Below, piece after piece: positions 16,768 to 24,539 of a DNA stretch of 24,539 nucleotides. The notes beneath the pieces are model-generated. The model did not search any database, was not told the DNA's origin, and saw only the letters and a program-made list of their open reading frames with translations. The stretch comes from Candidatus Micrarchaeia archaeon (lineage in GTDB: Archaea; Micrarchaeota; Micrarchaeia; Burarchaeales; JAVZCV01), in contig JAVZCV010000018.1 of NCBI GenBank assembly GCA_038874215.1, positions 1-24,539 of the forward strand, given 5' to 3'. The position numbers and the translations under genes were made by a program. Position 1 is the stretch's first letter. The number at the start of each line of letters is the position of its first letter.

Positions 16768-17442
16768 CTACTCCTTAGCCTCTTTTTCCTCTGCCTTCTT
16801 CTCGTCTTCCTTCTCCTTTTTCTCGGCTTTCTTTCCCTTCTTCTCTTTCCGCTTATCCTCTTCCTCCTTGAAATACTCTGCCAGCTCGGTTTTGCGTATT
16901 TCAAGCCTCTTTATGGGCGCTATTTTCTTAACAGAGTTAAAGAGAAGCGCTGGAAATTTTCCGAAAACAATCTCCTGAACAAGCCTCTGGAAGTCCATGT
17001 CGGCAGAGCGCTCAATTATTTCTTTTCTTAGGGCAGCGCGAAGAGCATGTTTAACGGGCGTGCTAACCCGCACTGCGGTATATAGGTTAACTTTTATCCT
17101 AAGCTCAATACCATCCTTTGTTTTTACATCTATTACATCCGCTATTATGTCCCTCCTTCTGCGCACGAGAGTTTTCAAGTATGTACGGGACAACTCGTGG
17201 CCCACGAACTTGGTGAATGCACTCGTTCCTTTTACCGATATTATGCGGAAAAACAAGGTAGTGTACATTTGGCTCATATCGCCCGTTATCTCCCACAAAC
17301 CAACCGTCAATTTTCTGTTGATTAGGTTGGCTTCATCGCTGCTTATGACCTCTGCAATTTTCTTATTCTCAAACATGTCTGGAGCATAAACCGTATACCA
17401 TCTCTTTGCCTTCCACTTGTCAACAACTCTCGTCTTCGCCAT
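16768..17442 (-). CDS. rps3ae: 30S ribosomal protein S3Ae (eS1)
   Basis: DKWKAKRWYTVYAP, TKFVGHEL..YLKTLVRR, DVKTKDG, KKIAPIKRLEIRK; Lys/Glu low-complexity C-terminal tail. Confidence 0.95.
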   Translation of the reverse strand: MAKTRVVDKWKAKRWYTVYAPDMFENKKIAEVISSDEANLINRKLTVGLWEITGDMSQMYTTLFFRIISVKGTSAFTKFVGHELSRTYLKTLVRRRRDIIADVIDVKTKDGIELRIKVNLYTAVRVSTPVKHALRAALRKEIIERSADMDFQRLVQEIVFGKFPALLFNSVKKIAPIKRLEIRKTELAEYFKEEEDKRKEKKGKKAEKKEKEDEKKAEEKEAKE

Positions 17443-17453
17443 TCAAAGCACCA

Positions 17454-17909
17454 TTATTTCACAAGAAGGGCAGCCTGCTCTGGGTCGTAGTGCCAGTCCT
17501 TCGGCAATCTGCCCGTTGAAGTATAGTATCGTGCGAGCCTGCGTATCTTTGACTCCACATGCACGAGCTTAATCTTGTTGTGTATGTCCTGCGTCCTCTC
17601 TTTTAGGTGGCGCCTCATTCTCACAGCGCGCTTTATAAGGTTTAGCATGTCTTCGGGATATTCTATTTTCATGCCTTCCTTCTCAATTATTTGGGATATA
17701 CTCATGCCCGTCGCGCTTTTGACGCTCGGAATTCCGTATTGGTCCCGTAGAATCTGCCCAACCATAGCCGTAGAGTTGCCCTCTTTGTAAAGCCTTATGA
17801 CGAGTTGCGTGATATCCTGCGGGGAATACTCTACCCATTCTGGTAGTATCTTCACGCTTGGCTTTTTTGAGCCCGATTTGCCTCGTTTCTTTGAATGCAG
17901 TCTTGCCAT
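17454..17909 (-). CDS. rps15: 30S ribosomal protein S15 (uS15 / S13e)
   Basis: [50 protein letters not shown]. Confidence 0.97.
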   Translation of the reverse strand: MARLHSKKRGKSGSKKPSVKILPEWVEYSPQDITQLVIRLYKEGNSTAMVGQILRDQYGIPSVKSATGMSISQIIEKEGMKIEYPEDMLNLIKRAVRMRRHLKERTQDIHNKIKLVHVESKIRRLARYYTSTGRLPKDWHYDPEQAALLVK

Positions 17910-18476
17910 TTAATACCTCTTCAGGATATATTGAGCAAGCTTGCGCAACGCACGGGTGCGATGCGATATTTTCATTTTCGTTTCAGCATCCTGCGCGAAT
18001 GTCTTTTTTTTACCTTTCGGGATGAAAATTGGGTCAAACCCAAAGCCTCCCGATCCCATCATGCGTTTTGCTATTTTTCCTCTGCATATACCAACGAAAG
18101 TTTTTATTCCTTCCTCATCAGCAAAGGCAACAGCAGAGCAGAAATACGCCCCCCGTTCCCTCTTTCCTTCCATGAGGCGGAGAATTCCGCCGTTGCCTAT
18201 CTTTTTGAAAACCCAAGCAGAGAGTGCGCCAGGGAATCCTTTCAGCGATGGTATGAAAAGGCCAGCATCCTCAACGAAAAGAGGTTTGCGCAGCTTTTCG
18301 TATGCAAGAGAGGCGCAGCGAAATGCTATCGCTTCGCAGTCCTCCCCCCGTGGCTCCTCAAATTCTGGCTTGGCTTGTTTAATCTTTATCGCATACGAGT
18401 TTAAAATTTTTTGCGCCTCGGAAAACTTGTGGTCGTTTCCCGTGACGAATAGTATTTTAAGATCCATCACCGCCAC
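17910..18476 (-). CDS. rdgB: Non-canonical purine NTP pyrophosphatase (RdgB/HAM1 family, XTP/dITP diphosphatase)
   Basis: FVTGNDHKFSE, VEDAGLFIPSLKGFPG, GFGFDPIF, KISHRTRA. Start GTG 18476 or ATG 18467. Confidence 0.93.
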   Translation of the reverse strand: MAVMDLKILFVTGNDHKFSEAQKILNSYAIKIKQAKPEFEEPRGEDCEAIAFRCASLAYEKLRKPLFVEDAGLFIPSLKGFPGALSAWVFKKIGNGGILRLMEGKRERGAYFCSAVAFADEEGIKTFVGICRGKIAKRMMGSGGFGFDPIFIPKGKKKTFAQDAETKMKISHRTRALRKLAQYILKRY

Positions 18477-19333
18477 CCTATGAGGCCTGATATTTTTTTA
18501 AATAAAAGATGATTGCACGCAGCGAGGAAAGAAACCTTAACTTTCGGGTCAAGAGGGATATCGCCATTTTTTAAGTATTTTGAGCCCATTTTTGCGCGCA
18601 TGCTTATTGGGCAGTCAGCCTTCTTAAGTATGAAGTATGATGCGCAGACATCATGAACGCCAGCGCATATGTCCATGCCAAGCATCGGGCGCATGTCCAT
18701 GCACACATTTATCGCCCCTTCTGCCACGTAGCATAGCTCTATCGCAGATGAGTTGTATATGCGGGGAAGCACTTTGAAAAAACGGGAGAGATTTTCAATG
18801 TATAGCGAGTGCGCGACATAGCTCTCGCCGAAGTGGGAGCCTGGTGCAATTACGATTCGCTCATCGCACGGGCTTTCTGAAAGCCTTTTTATCGGCACCT
18901 TTTTATCAGAAGGCATGCCCAAGTAGAGAAAAGAACCTACCGAACTTGCCACGAAGGTTCTGTTCCTGTCAAACTCGCAAACAAGAGAGGCGAATACGTC
19001 TTTCATGCGAGGGCGGTTAATTTTGTTCGCTATCGCTATTGCGCATGCGTAGTGGGGCAGGCCCTTCATCGCATTTCTCGTTCCATCTATGGGGTCTACA
19101 AGAAAAATAAAGTCGCTTTCCCCATCCACAAATCCGACATCTTCCGTAATGTATGCTATACGCCTCCTCTCGCAGAAGCGCTCCACAACCCCCTCGGCTA
19201 CTTCGTCTATGGCGAATGTCTCGTCCCCATACCCGAACCTTTTCACTTTCCGTGCGTTCATTTTTCCGATATGGGGTTTTATCGCCCTGCCAATCGCATA
19301 AGCCAGTTCGCATGCAAGCTTGAGCTCCTTCAT
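18467..19333 (-). CDS. Inositol monophosphatase / archaeal FBPase (FIG superfamily)
   Basis: GDETFAIDEVAE, TED, VDPIDGTRNA metal-binding motif, SSAIELCYVAEG, HDVCAS. Confidence 0.85.
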   Translation of the reverse strand: MKELKLACELAYAIGRAIKPHIGKMNARKVKRFGYGDETFAIDEVAEGVVERFCERRRIAYITEDVGFVDGESDFIFLVDPIDGTRNAMKGLPHYACAIAIANKINRPRMKDVFASLVCEFDRNRTFVASSVGSFLYLGMPSDKKVPIKRLSESPCDERIVIAPGSHFGESYVAHSLYIENLSRFFKVLPRIYNSSAIELCYVAEGAINVCMDMRPMLGMDICAGVHDVCASYFILKKADCPISMRAKMGSKYLKNGDIPLDPKVKVSFLAACNHLLFKKISGLIGWR

Positions 19334-19339
19334 AAAAAG

Positions 19340-21685
19340 TCAGTGGAATTCAATTTTAAATTCACCGCTCTTGACAGAGATTTCCCTTATTCGCCCTACC
19401 GCCTTTATTTCTGCCTTAATTTCGTCTATGTTCCCATCCACTGTTATCTCCGCGTGCGCAACTTCGTTGTTCAGCGGCATTTTGTTCCTTGCCTTGTAGT
19501 TCCTAACCTCGGAGATTATTTTGTTGAATAGTTCGGCTTTCTTCTCAGCCTCTTCGTCTATTTCGCCCGCCTCAGGCCATCCAGAGAGGAATATGCTCTT
19601 CTCCTTGCCGAATATGTTGTCGTATATTTCCTCTGATATGTGCGGCGCTATCGGCGCAAGTAGTTTGAGGAACTTTTCAAGAGTTTCGCGGAGTGCCCTC
19701 TGAGCACCCCTTCGGCTTTTTTCCCCATAAACCTCTGGCTGGTAAAGCCTGTGCTTTACGCTCTCAATGTAATAATCGCAAAACTCATGCCAGAAGAACT
19801 CGTGCATCTTGGTTATCGCGGCGTGGAAGTTGAAGTTTTCGTATGCTTCTGTGCATTCCGCAACGAGCCTGTTGCATCGCGAGATTATCCACCTGTCTGC
19901 AAAGTTGTATTCGTATTCCTCCCCGTCTTTAAAATCGCCAGTAAGCGACCATATGAAACGGGAGGCATTCCAGAGCTTGTTCATGAAATTCTGCGCAAAC
20001 TGTATATCCTTGTAGATGAAGGGCCTATCGCGTGCGAGAGCACCGCTCAGTGCAGCCCATTGCCTTATCGCATCGGCCGAGTATTTTTCAAGCAGTTCAT
20101 CTGGTGCGATTATGTTGCCAAGGCTTTTGCTCATCTTCTTACCGTCAGGAGCGAGCACGTTTCCGTTAAGGAGGAGTTCAACAAAGGGAGGTTTTCCAGT
20201 AAGCACAAGGCACCTGTATATGGTGTAGAATGCCCATGTGCGTATTATCTCTGTTCCCTGCGGGCGGAGGGTTGAAGGGTAGAGCTTTGAGAAGCGCTTT
20301 TCATCGTATGGCCATGACGAGATTATGAGCGGGGTTATTGAGCTGTCGATCCAGCAGTCGCACACTTTCTCCTCTCCCCGCGTCTCGCCACCACACTTCG
20401 GGCATTTTTTCTTTTGCAGTGCGGGATTTACTGGCAACTCTTCGTATGAAGCTGGGATTATGCCACACTTGCCGCAATACCAGAATGGTAGGGGCGTGCC
20501 AAATATCCTGTCCCTTGATATAACCCAATCCCATTCAATGTAGTCGGCCCAATCGTATAGATATTGGATTGTAAATTCAGGAACCCAGCGCATGCTTTTT
20601 GCAGCATTTTTTATATCTTCCTCAAAGCCCTTAAGCTTGGCGAACCACTCGCGGGACATTATGAACTCTACGGGCGTCTTGCACCTATCATGGACTTTCA
20701 CAACCTGCCCTATTTCATCACGCTTTACGAAAAGGCCTTTTGCCTTTATGTGCTCCATTATTTTTTTCCTTGCTTCATCAAGAGTAAGGCCCGTGAATTC
20801 GCCTGCATTCAGAAGTTTCCCGTTCTCATCAACAGCCTTTATTATAGGCAGCTTGTGCCTGTACGCCCACACAACGTCGCTCTTATCACCGAATGTGCAT
20901 ACCATCACTATGCCCGTGCCGAATTCCATATCAACGTCTGCATCGGCCTTAATCGGCACTACTGCGCCAAGGGGTGTTTTCGCCTGCTTTCCAACGAGGT
21001 GTTTATACCTTTCATCCTGTGGATGGACAAAAACGGCAACGCACGCGTGAAGGAGTTCGGGTCGTGTTGTCGCTATCGTTATATTCTCTCCATCAACAGT
21101 GAATATGATGTAGTTCAAGTATGTTTTGCGCTCAACTTCATCTGTTTCAGCTTTCGCTATTGCCGAACCGCATCGCGGGCACCAGAAAACGGGATGCTCA
21201 GCAACATAAAGCAGACCCATGTCATACATTTTGAGAAGAGAGTACTGCACTACCTTGTGGTACTCTGGGCTCATTGTTTTGTACTCGTAGCGCCAGTCTG
21301 GCGAGAAGCCAAGCGCCTTCATCTGCCCCCTCATTCTCTCTATGTATCTCTCAGTCCATTCATGGCAGTATTTAAGAAACTGCTCACGGGGCATGTTTTT
21401 CCCGTATTTCTCCTCAACCTTAACTTCTGTGGGGAATCCCTGGCAGTCCCAACCCTGCGGATAGTACACATTGAAGCCTCTCAGCCTTTTGTAGCGCGCG
21501 ACGAAGTCAAAATATGCGTAGCTTAGCACATGACCCATGTGAAGGTCTCCTGAGGTGAAAGGTGGGGGGGAGTCTATGGAGTATATGCGGTTTGGATTAT
21601 CCTCATCAAACCTGTGAATTTCTAATTTCTCCCACAACTCTTGCCATTTTTTCTCTATTTTCTTGCAGTCAAGGTTTTTTTCCAC
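19340..21685 (-). CDS. valS: Valine--tRNA ligase (archaeal type)
   Basis: IDSPPPFTSGDLHMGH (HIGH), ATTRPELL, GTGIVMVCTFGD editing domain, WDWVISR, KMSKS; GTG start directly abuts the upstream gene's stop. Confidence 0.96.
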   Translation of the reverse strand: MEKNLDCKKIEKKWQELWEKLEIHRFDEDNPNRIYSIDSPPPFTSGDLHMGHVLSYAYFDFVARYKRLRGFNVYYPQGWDCQGFPTEVKVEEKYGKNMPREQFLKYCHEWTERYIERMRGQMKALGFSPDWRYEYKTMSPEYHKVVQYSLLKMYDMGLLYVAEHPVFWCPRCGSAIAKAETDEVERKTYLNYIIFTVDGENITIATTRPELLHACVAVFVHPQDERYKHLVGKQAKTPLGAVVPIKADADVDMEFGTGIVMVCTFGDKSDVVWAYRHKLPIIKAVDENGKLLNAGEFTGLTLDEARKKIMEHIKAKGLFVKRDEIGQVVKVHDRCKTPVEFIMSREWFAKLKGFEEDIKNAAKSMRWVPEFTIQYLYDWADYIEWDWVISRDRIFGTPLPFWYCGKCGIIPASYEELPVNPALQKKKCPKCGGETRGEEKVCDCWIDSSITPLIISSWPYDEKRFSKLYPSTLRPQGTEIIRTWAFYTIYRCLVLTGKPPFVELLLNGNVLAPDGKKMSKSLGNIIAPDELLEKYSADAIRQWAALSGALARDRPFIYKDIQFAQNFMNKLWNASRFIWSLTGDFKDGEEYEYNFADRWIISRCNRLVAECTEAYENFNFHAAITKMHEFFWHEFCDYYIESVKHRLYQPEVYGEKSRRGAQRALRETLEKFLKLLAPIAPHISEEIYDNIFGKEKSIFLSGWPEAGEIDEEAEKKAELFNKIISEVRNYKARNKMPLNNEVAHAEITVDGNIDEIKAEIKAVGRIREISVKSGEFKIEFH

Positions 21686-22456
21686 TCATTCACCCAATGA
21701 TATGCGCATACCGTCGTATGCCGCAACTGTTTTAACACCGCTCTCGCGCTCTATCATAGCTGCCTCACGTTCGGCAACTTCGCGCGTTAGCTCTGTTCCC
21801 ATGTGAGTAAGCACTGATTGTTTTGGCTTTGCGCCTTTTAGTATTTTTATGCTTCCTGCACTGTCGTTATGGCCAGGTATTGCCCTTCCGTTCGGCTGGA
21901 GGTTGTTTATTATCAGAAGATCGCAGCCTGAAAAGATTTTGCATAGTGCAGGAAAGTATTCAGTATCGCCAGTATAGCCGACCTTCACTTTTTCAGAGCG
22001 GATTATCATTCCGACAGCATCCCATTCATCATGCCTTGTTTCTGTTGCTATGATCTCTATCCCATCCATACCGAAAACTGTTCCAGGCCTGAGCACAACG
22101 CATCGTTCTAAAAGTGATTGATGATAACGGGATACGCACCTGTCAAACTCAGCATCACCGATAAGGACGTTTGAACTCCCAAGCAGGATCCCCCGCCTTT
22201 TCTTTGTATATTCAGTCATTGCCTCAATCATCAGGCTGGTATCGTTAGAGTGGTCTATATGGACGTGAGAAACGAGGAGTATCTGGGTGTCTATTGGGTC
22301 GCAGCCGAGCTCTCTGCATTTTATCAGCGCTCCTGGGCCTGGTTCTGCGTGCATTTTCAGGCCGTTTTCAAAATGAACTCTGAAGCCTGCTGTTGCCCTC
22401 CTTTGGTCTATCAAATTCAATCTTCCGCCGCCAGTCCCGAGAAATATTATCTCCAT
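21686..22456 (-). CDS. Metallo-beta-lactamase fold hydrolase
   Basis: FLGTGGGR N-terminus, SHVHIDHSND (HxHxDH), YTGDT, C-terminal LTHMG and AAYDGM. Confidence 0.88.
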   Translation of the reverse strand: MEIIFLGTGGGRLNLIDQRRATAGFRVHFENGLKMHAEPGPGALIKCRELGCDPIDTQILLVSHVHIDHSNDTSLMIEAMTEYTKKRRGILLGSSNVLIGDAEFDRCVSRYHQSLLERCVVLRPGTVFGMDGIEIIATETRHDEWDAVGMIIRSEKVKVGYTGDTEYFPALCKIFSGCDLLIINNLQPNGRAIPGHNDSAGSIKILKGAKPKQSVLTHMGTELTREVAEREAAMIERESGVKTVAAYDGMRISLGE

Positions 22457-22557
22457 GCCACCACATCATTTACGGCGCATTAGTTAATTGGTGAAATATT
22501 AATAGCTTAACTTTTAACATGATGGCCATCTTGGCGCTCAGCACTTAGCAGAATAGA

Positions 22558-22599
22558 TATATAAAATAAATCAAAGAGTATGTTGGTGGAGGATACAAA
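22558..22599 (+). promoter_or_regulatory. thrC TATA box and ribosome-binding site
   Basis: TATATAAA at 22558-22565; GGTGGAGG at 22585-22592, 7 nt before the ATG. Confidence 0.55.
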
Positions 22600-23793
22600 A
22601 TGTACTGGCTTGAATGCATATCATGCGGAAAAAAATACGATAAGGATACCGTAATCTATCAGTGCGATTGCGGGAGTATATTGGATGTTAAATATGATAA
22701 GCTAAGCGGTAAGGTTGACGGTAGGATTAGGCGCGGCATATGGAGGTATCGGCATTTTCTTCCCATAGAAGATTGGGATAAAATCGTCTCGCTTAACGAG
22801 GGCAACACAACGCTTCATGAATGCAAAAACTTAAATGAAAAAATCGGGTGTACGGCAAGGATACATGTGAAAAATGAGGGAGAAAACCCGACGGGAAGTT
22901 TTAAGGATAGGGGCATGACGGTTGGGATAACGCGCGCTCTTGAATTGGGCATGAGGAGAGTTGGTTGCGCATCAACGGGAAACACTTCTGCATCTCTCGC
23001 AGCGTATGCCGCAAAGGCAGGCATTGAATGCGTTATCCTCGTTCCATCTGGAAAAATAGCCTATGGAAAGATGGCGCAGGCGCTCGCATATGGGGCAAAA
23101 GTTTATGCAATAAAGGGGAATTTTGACGATGCGATGGCAAGAGTAAAGAAGATGGCTGAGCAGGGTTCTTTCTATCTTCTAAACTCAATAAATCCATATA
23201 GGCTTGAGGGGCAGAAAACGCTCGCATACGAAATTGTTGATGAGATAGGCCGTATTGACAAGGTTTTTATACCTGTTGGAAATGCGGGCAACATAAGCGC
23301 TGTCTGGAAAGGGCTTAGGGAATACAAGCAGGTGGGAAAGCTTGATGAGCTCCCGAATATGATTGGAGTGCAAGCGGAGGGAGCATGCCCCATATACAAC
23401 GCATTTTTAAGCGGCACTTTTGAGCCAGTCAAAAACCCCGAGACAGTTGCGAGCGCGATAAGGATAGGCAATCCCGTCAGCTGGCGTAAAGCCTTGAATG
23501 CCGTTAAAGAATCGGGCGGGGAGATGCTGAAGGTGAGCGATGAAGAGATTTTGCAAGCACAGGCGCTTCTTGCGAGAAGCGAGGGCATATTCGTGGAACC
23601 TGCAAGCGCTGCAAGCATTGCGGGTTTGCTGAAGTTTGTAGAAGCTGGAAAAATTGAGAAAAAAGAGAGAGTGGTTTGCATAACAACGGGGAACGGGCTC
23701 AAGGACCCAGATACGGTAGTGAGTAGATATAAATCGGAGATAAAGGAGGTTGATGCCGAAGCGATTATGATGCGGATGGAAGCGCAAGAATAG
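22600..23793 (+). CDS. thrC: Threonine synthase with N-terminal Zn ribbon
   Basis: CISC..CDC Zn ribbon, NPTGSFKDRG (PLP lysine), CASTGNTSAS, NSINPYRLEGQKT, PVGNAGN, FVEPASAA, TGNGLKD. Confidence 0.96.
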   Translation: MYWLECISCGKKYDKDTVIYQCDCGSILDVKYDKLSGKVDGRIRRGIWRYRHFLPIEDWDKIVSLNEGNTTLHECKNLNEKIGCTARIHVKNEGENPTGSFKDRGMTVGITRALELGMRRVGCASTGNTSASLAAYAAKAGIECVILVPSGKIAYGKMAQALAYGAKVYAIKGNFDDAMARVKKMAEQGSFYLLNSINPYRLEGQKTLAYEIVDEIGRIDKVFIPVGNAGNISAVWKGLREYKQVGKLDELPNMIGVQAEGACPIYNAFLSGTFEPVKNPETVASAIRIGNPVSWRKALNAVKESGGEMLKVSDEEILQAQALLARSEGIFVEPASAASIAGLLKFVEAGKIEKKERVVCITTGNGLKDPDTVVSRYKSEIKEVDAEAIMMRMEAQE

Positions 23794-23800
23794 GCGGAGA

Positions 23801-23815
23801 AGGTTTTTATAATTT
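23801..23815 (+). promoter_or_regulatory. TATA box of the tRNA-His gene
   Basis: Purine-rich BRE-like GAGAAGG followed by TTTTTATAA (TTTATAA at 23806-23812), about 25 nt before the tRNA 5' end. Confidence 0.6.
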
Positions 23816-23872
23816 TGAAGGATATTCATCAGTGTGGCCACGGTGGTGTAACGGTAGCACGGGGGCCTGTGG

Positions 23873-23901
23873 TGTTGCTTTTAGGGAAGAGAGACGCAGA
23901 G
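23873..23901 (+). other. tRNA intron 1 (29 nt), canonical position 37/38, strict bulge-helix-bulge
   Basis: Central helix CTGT(23867-70)/GCAG(23896-99); 3-nt bulges GG|T and AG|A; outer stem GTTGCTTTT/AAGAGAGAC with one mismatch and an AGGG loop. Confidence 0.9.
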
Positions 23902-23922
23902 AGCCCTTAGTCCGAGTTCGAA

Positions 23923-23959
23923 TAGACTTTGGCTAACGAAAAACCAAAGCGTGCGAAAA
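23923..23959 (+). other. tRNA intron 2 (37 nt), non-canonical T-loop position 59/60, relaxed BHB/BHL
   Basis: Central helix TTCG(23917-20)/CGAA(23954-57); 3' bulge AA|T closed by the T stem; 5' site AA|T opens into an internal loop before the hairpin CTTTGG/CCAAAG. Confidence 0.85.
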
Positions 23960-23974
23960 TCTCGGCTGTGGCCC

Positions 23975-23980
23975 TTTTTT
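23975..23980 (+). terminator. Oligo-T terminator of tRNA-His
   Basis: TTTTTT just after the tRNA 3' end; overlaps the stop codon of the convergent DsbA-like gene. Confidence 0.5.
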
Positions 23981-24539
23981 ACATAGAGCTATTGTATTTA
24001 AGCTCCTCGTGTATTATGCTGGCGAACTCGTCATATTCAAGGGCTCCGAAGAACATGCGCCCATTTATGAAAAATGTGGGCGTGCCCATAACCCCTATGC
24101 TTTTTCCATAATCAAAGTCTCTCTGAACCTTCGCGAGGTTTCTTTTTGAGGAGAGGCAAGAAGCGAAGGCGGATTTGTTTATGCCGATGAGACGGGCGTA
24201 TGCGATCAGGTCATTCCTGCTTTCTGGTGTTCTGGAGAAAAGAGCCTCGTGGTAATCCCAGAACTTTCCCTGCTCTCCTGCGCATTCAGCGGCCTCGCTC
24301 ATGAGCCAGCTGCTTGAATGAACTGGAAAATGAAAATAGGCGAACTTTACGCTCCCATTGTATTCGCCTAATATTCTTTTTATAGTTGGTTGGGAGCTTA
24401 TGCAAAATGGACATTCGTAGTCTGCAAACTCCACAAGGGTTATGCTCGCATTTTCGCTTCCGAGAATAGGCTTGCCTGAGATGTTGATGGCCACGCGCTC
24501 ATGGGCGGGTTTTTGTGTGGAACAGTCAGTAAGCAGGAG
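23979..24539 (-). CDS. DsbA/thioredoxin-fold disulfide oxidoreductase; 5'-partial
   Basis: GSENASITLVEFADYECPFC (CxxC), HFP, EAAECAGEQGKFWDYHEALF, GVMGTPTFFING (cis-Pro). The frame stays open to the window edge (LLLTDCSTQKPAHERV), so the start is outside the window. Confidence 0.92.
   Translation of the reverse strand, partial: LLLTDCSTQKPAHERVAINISGKPILGSENASITLVEFADYECPFCISSQPTIKRILGEYNGSVKFAYFHFPVHSSSWLMSEAAECAGEQGKFWDYHEALFSRTPESRNDLIAYARLIGINKSAFASCLSSKRNLAKVQRDFDYGKSIGVMGTPTFFINGRMFFGALEYDEFASIIHEELKYNSSM

Larger units (their letters stand above)
23836..23973 (+). tRNA. tRNA-His(GUG) with two introns; exons 23836-23872, 23902-23922 and 23960-23973
   Basis: Acceptor GCCACGG/CTGTGGC with encoded G-1 (23836) opposite C73 (23973); D stem GTGT/GCAC; anticodon stem GGGGC/GCCCT with loop CT-GTG-G|A; T stem CCGAG/CTCGG with loop TTCGAA|T; A15:U48 pair consistent; CCA not encoded. 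Confidence 0.93.

Noticed and set aside
16768-16870. Pyrimidine-rich low-complexity tract
   Set aside because: It encodes the Lys/Glu-rich C-terminal tail of rpS3Ae, which is common in archaeal ribosomal proteins.
20564-21526. 320-aa plus-strand ORF and the other long antisense or alternate-frame ORFs in the track
   Set aside because: They are shadows of well-supported genes (valS, eno, thrC, aroC and others) and have no recognisable motifs.
22519-22548. Mini-ORF MMAILALST upstream of thrC as an attenuator leader, overlapping the palindrome GATGGCCATC
   Set aside because: Not Thr/Ile-rich, lies upstream of the thrC TATA box, and no terminator/antiterminator pair is visible.
23929-24111. 60-aa ORF after thrC
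   Set aside because: Overlaps tRNA-His intron 2/exon 3 and is antisense to the DsbA-like gene.

Overview
Gene-dense archaeal chromosomal segment. Archaeal markers are rpS3Ae, NAC, ApgM, the oapABC-like cluster, TATA-box promoters and BHB tRNA introns; the best guess is a DPANN/Micrarchaeota-like lineage, which is inference only. Most of it is housekeeping: apgM, aroC, pheA, TauE+DUF1634, ribB, Era-like GTPase/DUF2073/Zn-ribbon, purB, eno, nac, LOG-family, rps3ae, rps15, rdgB, IMPase/FBPase, valS, MBL hydrolase, thrC and a DsbA-like gene. Four things stand out. (1) A stand-alone 1298-aa gene (10653-14549) between purB and eno. By eye it has two tandem degenerate protein-kinase-like (Bud32/RIO-type) folds fused to a GlnE/GlnD-type nucleotidyltransferase module, making it a candidate new multi-domain protein-modification enzyme. 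(2) A tRNA-His(GUG) gene not shown in the ORF track, split into three exons by a canonical 37/38 BHB intron and a non-canonical 59/60 T-loop intron. (3) A lipoprotein built of 12 four-cysteine repeats. (4) A membrane-anchored NHL/helical-stalk surface glycoprotein. No mobile element or CRISPR array was seen. All family calls come from motif recognition by eye, not database searches.
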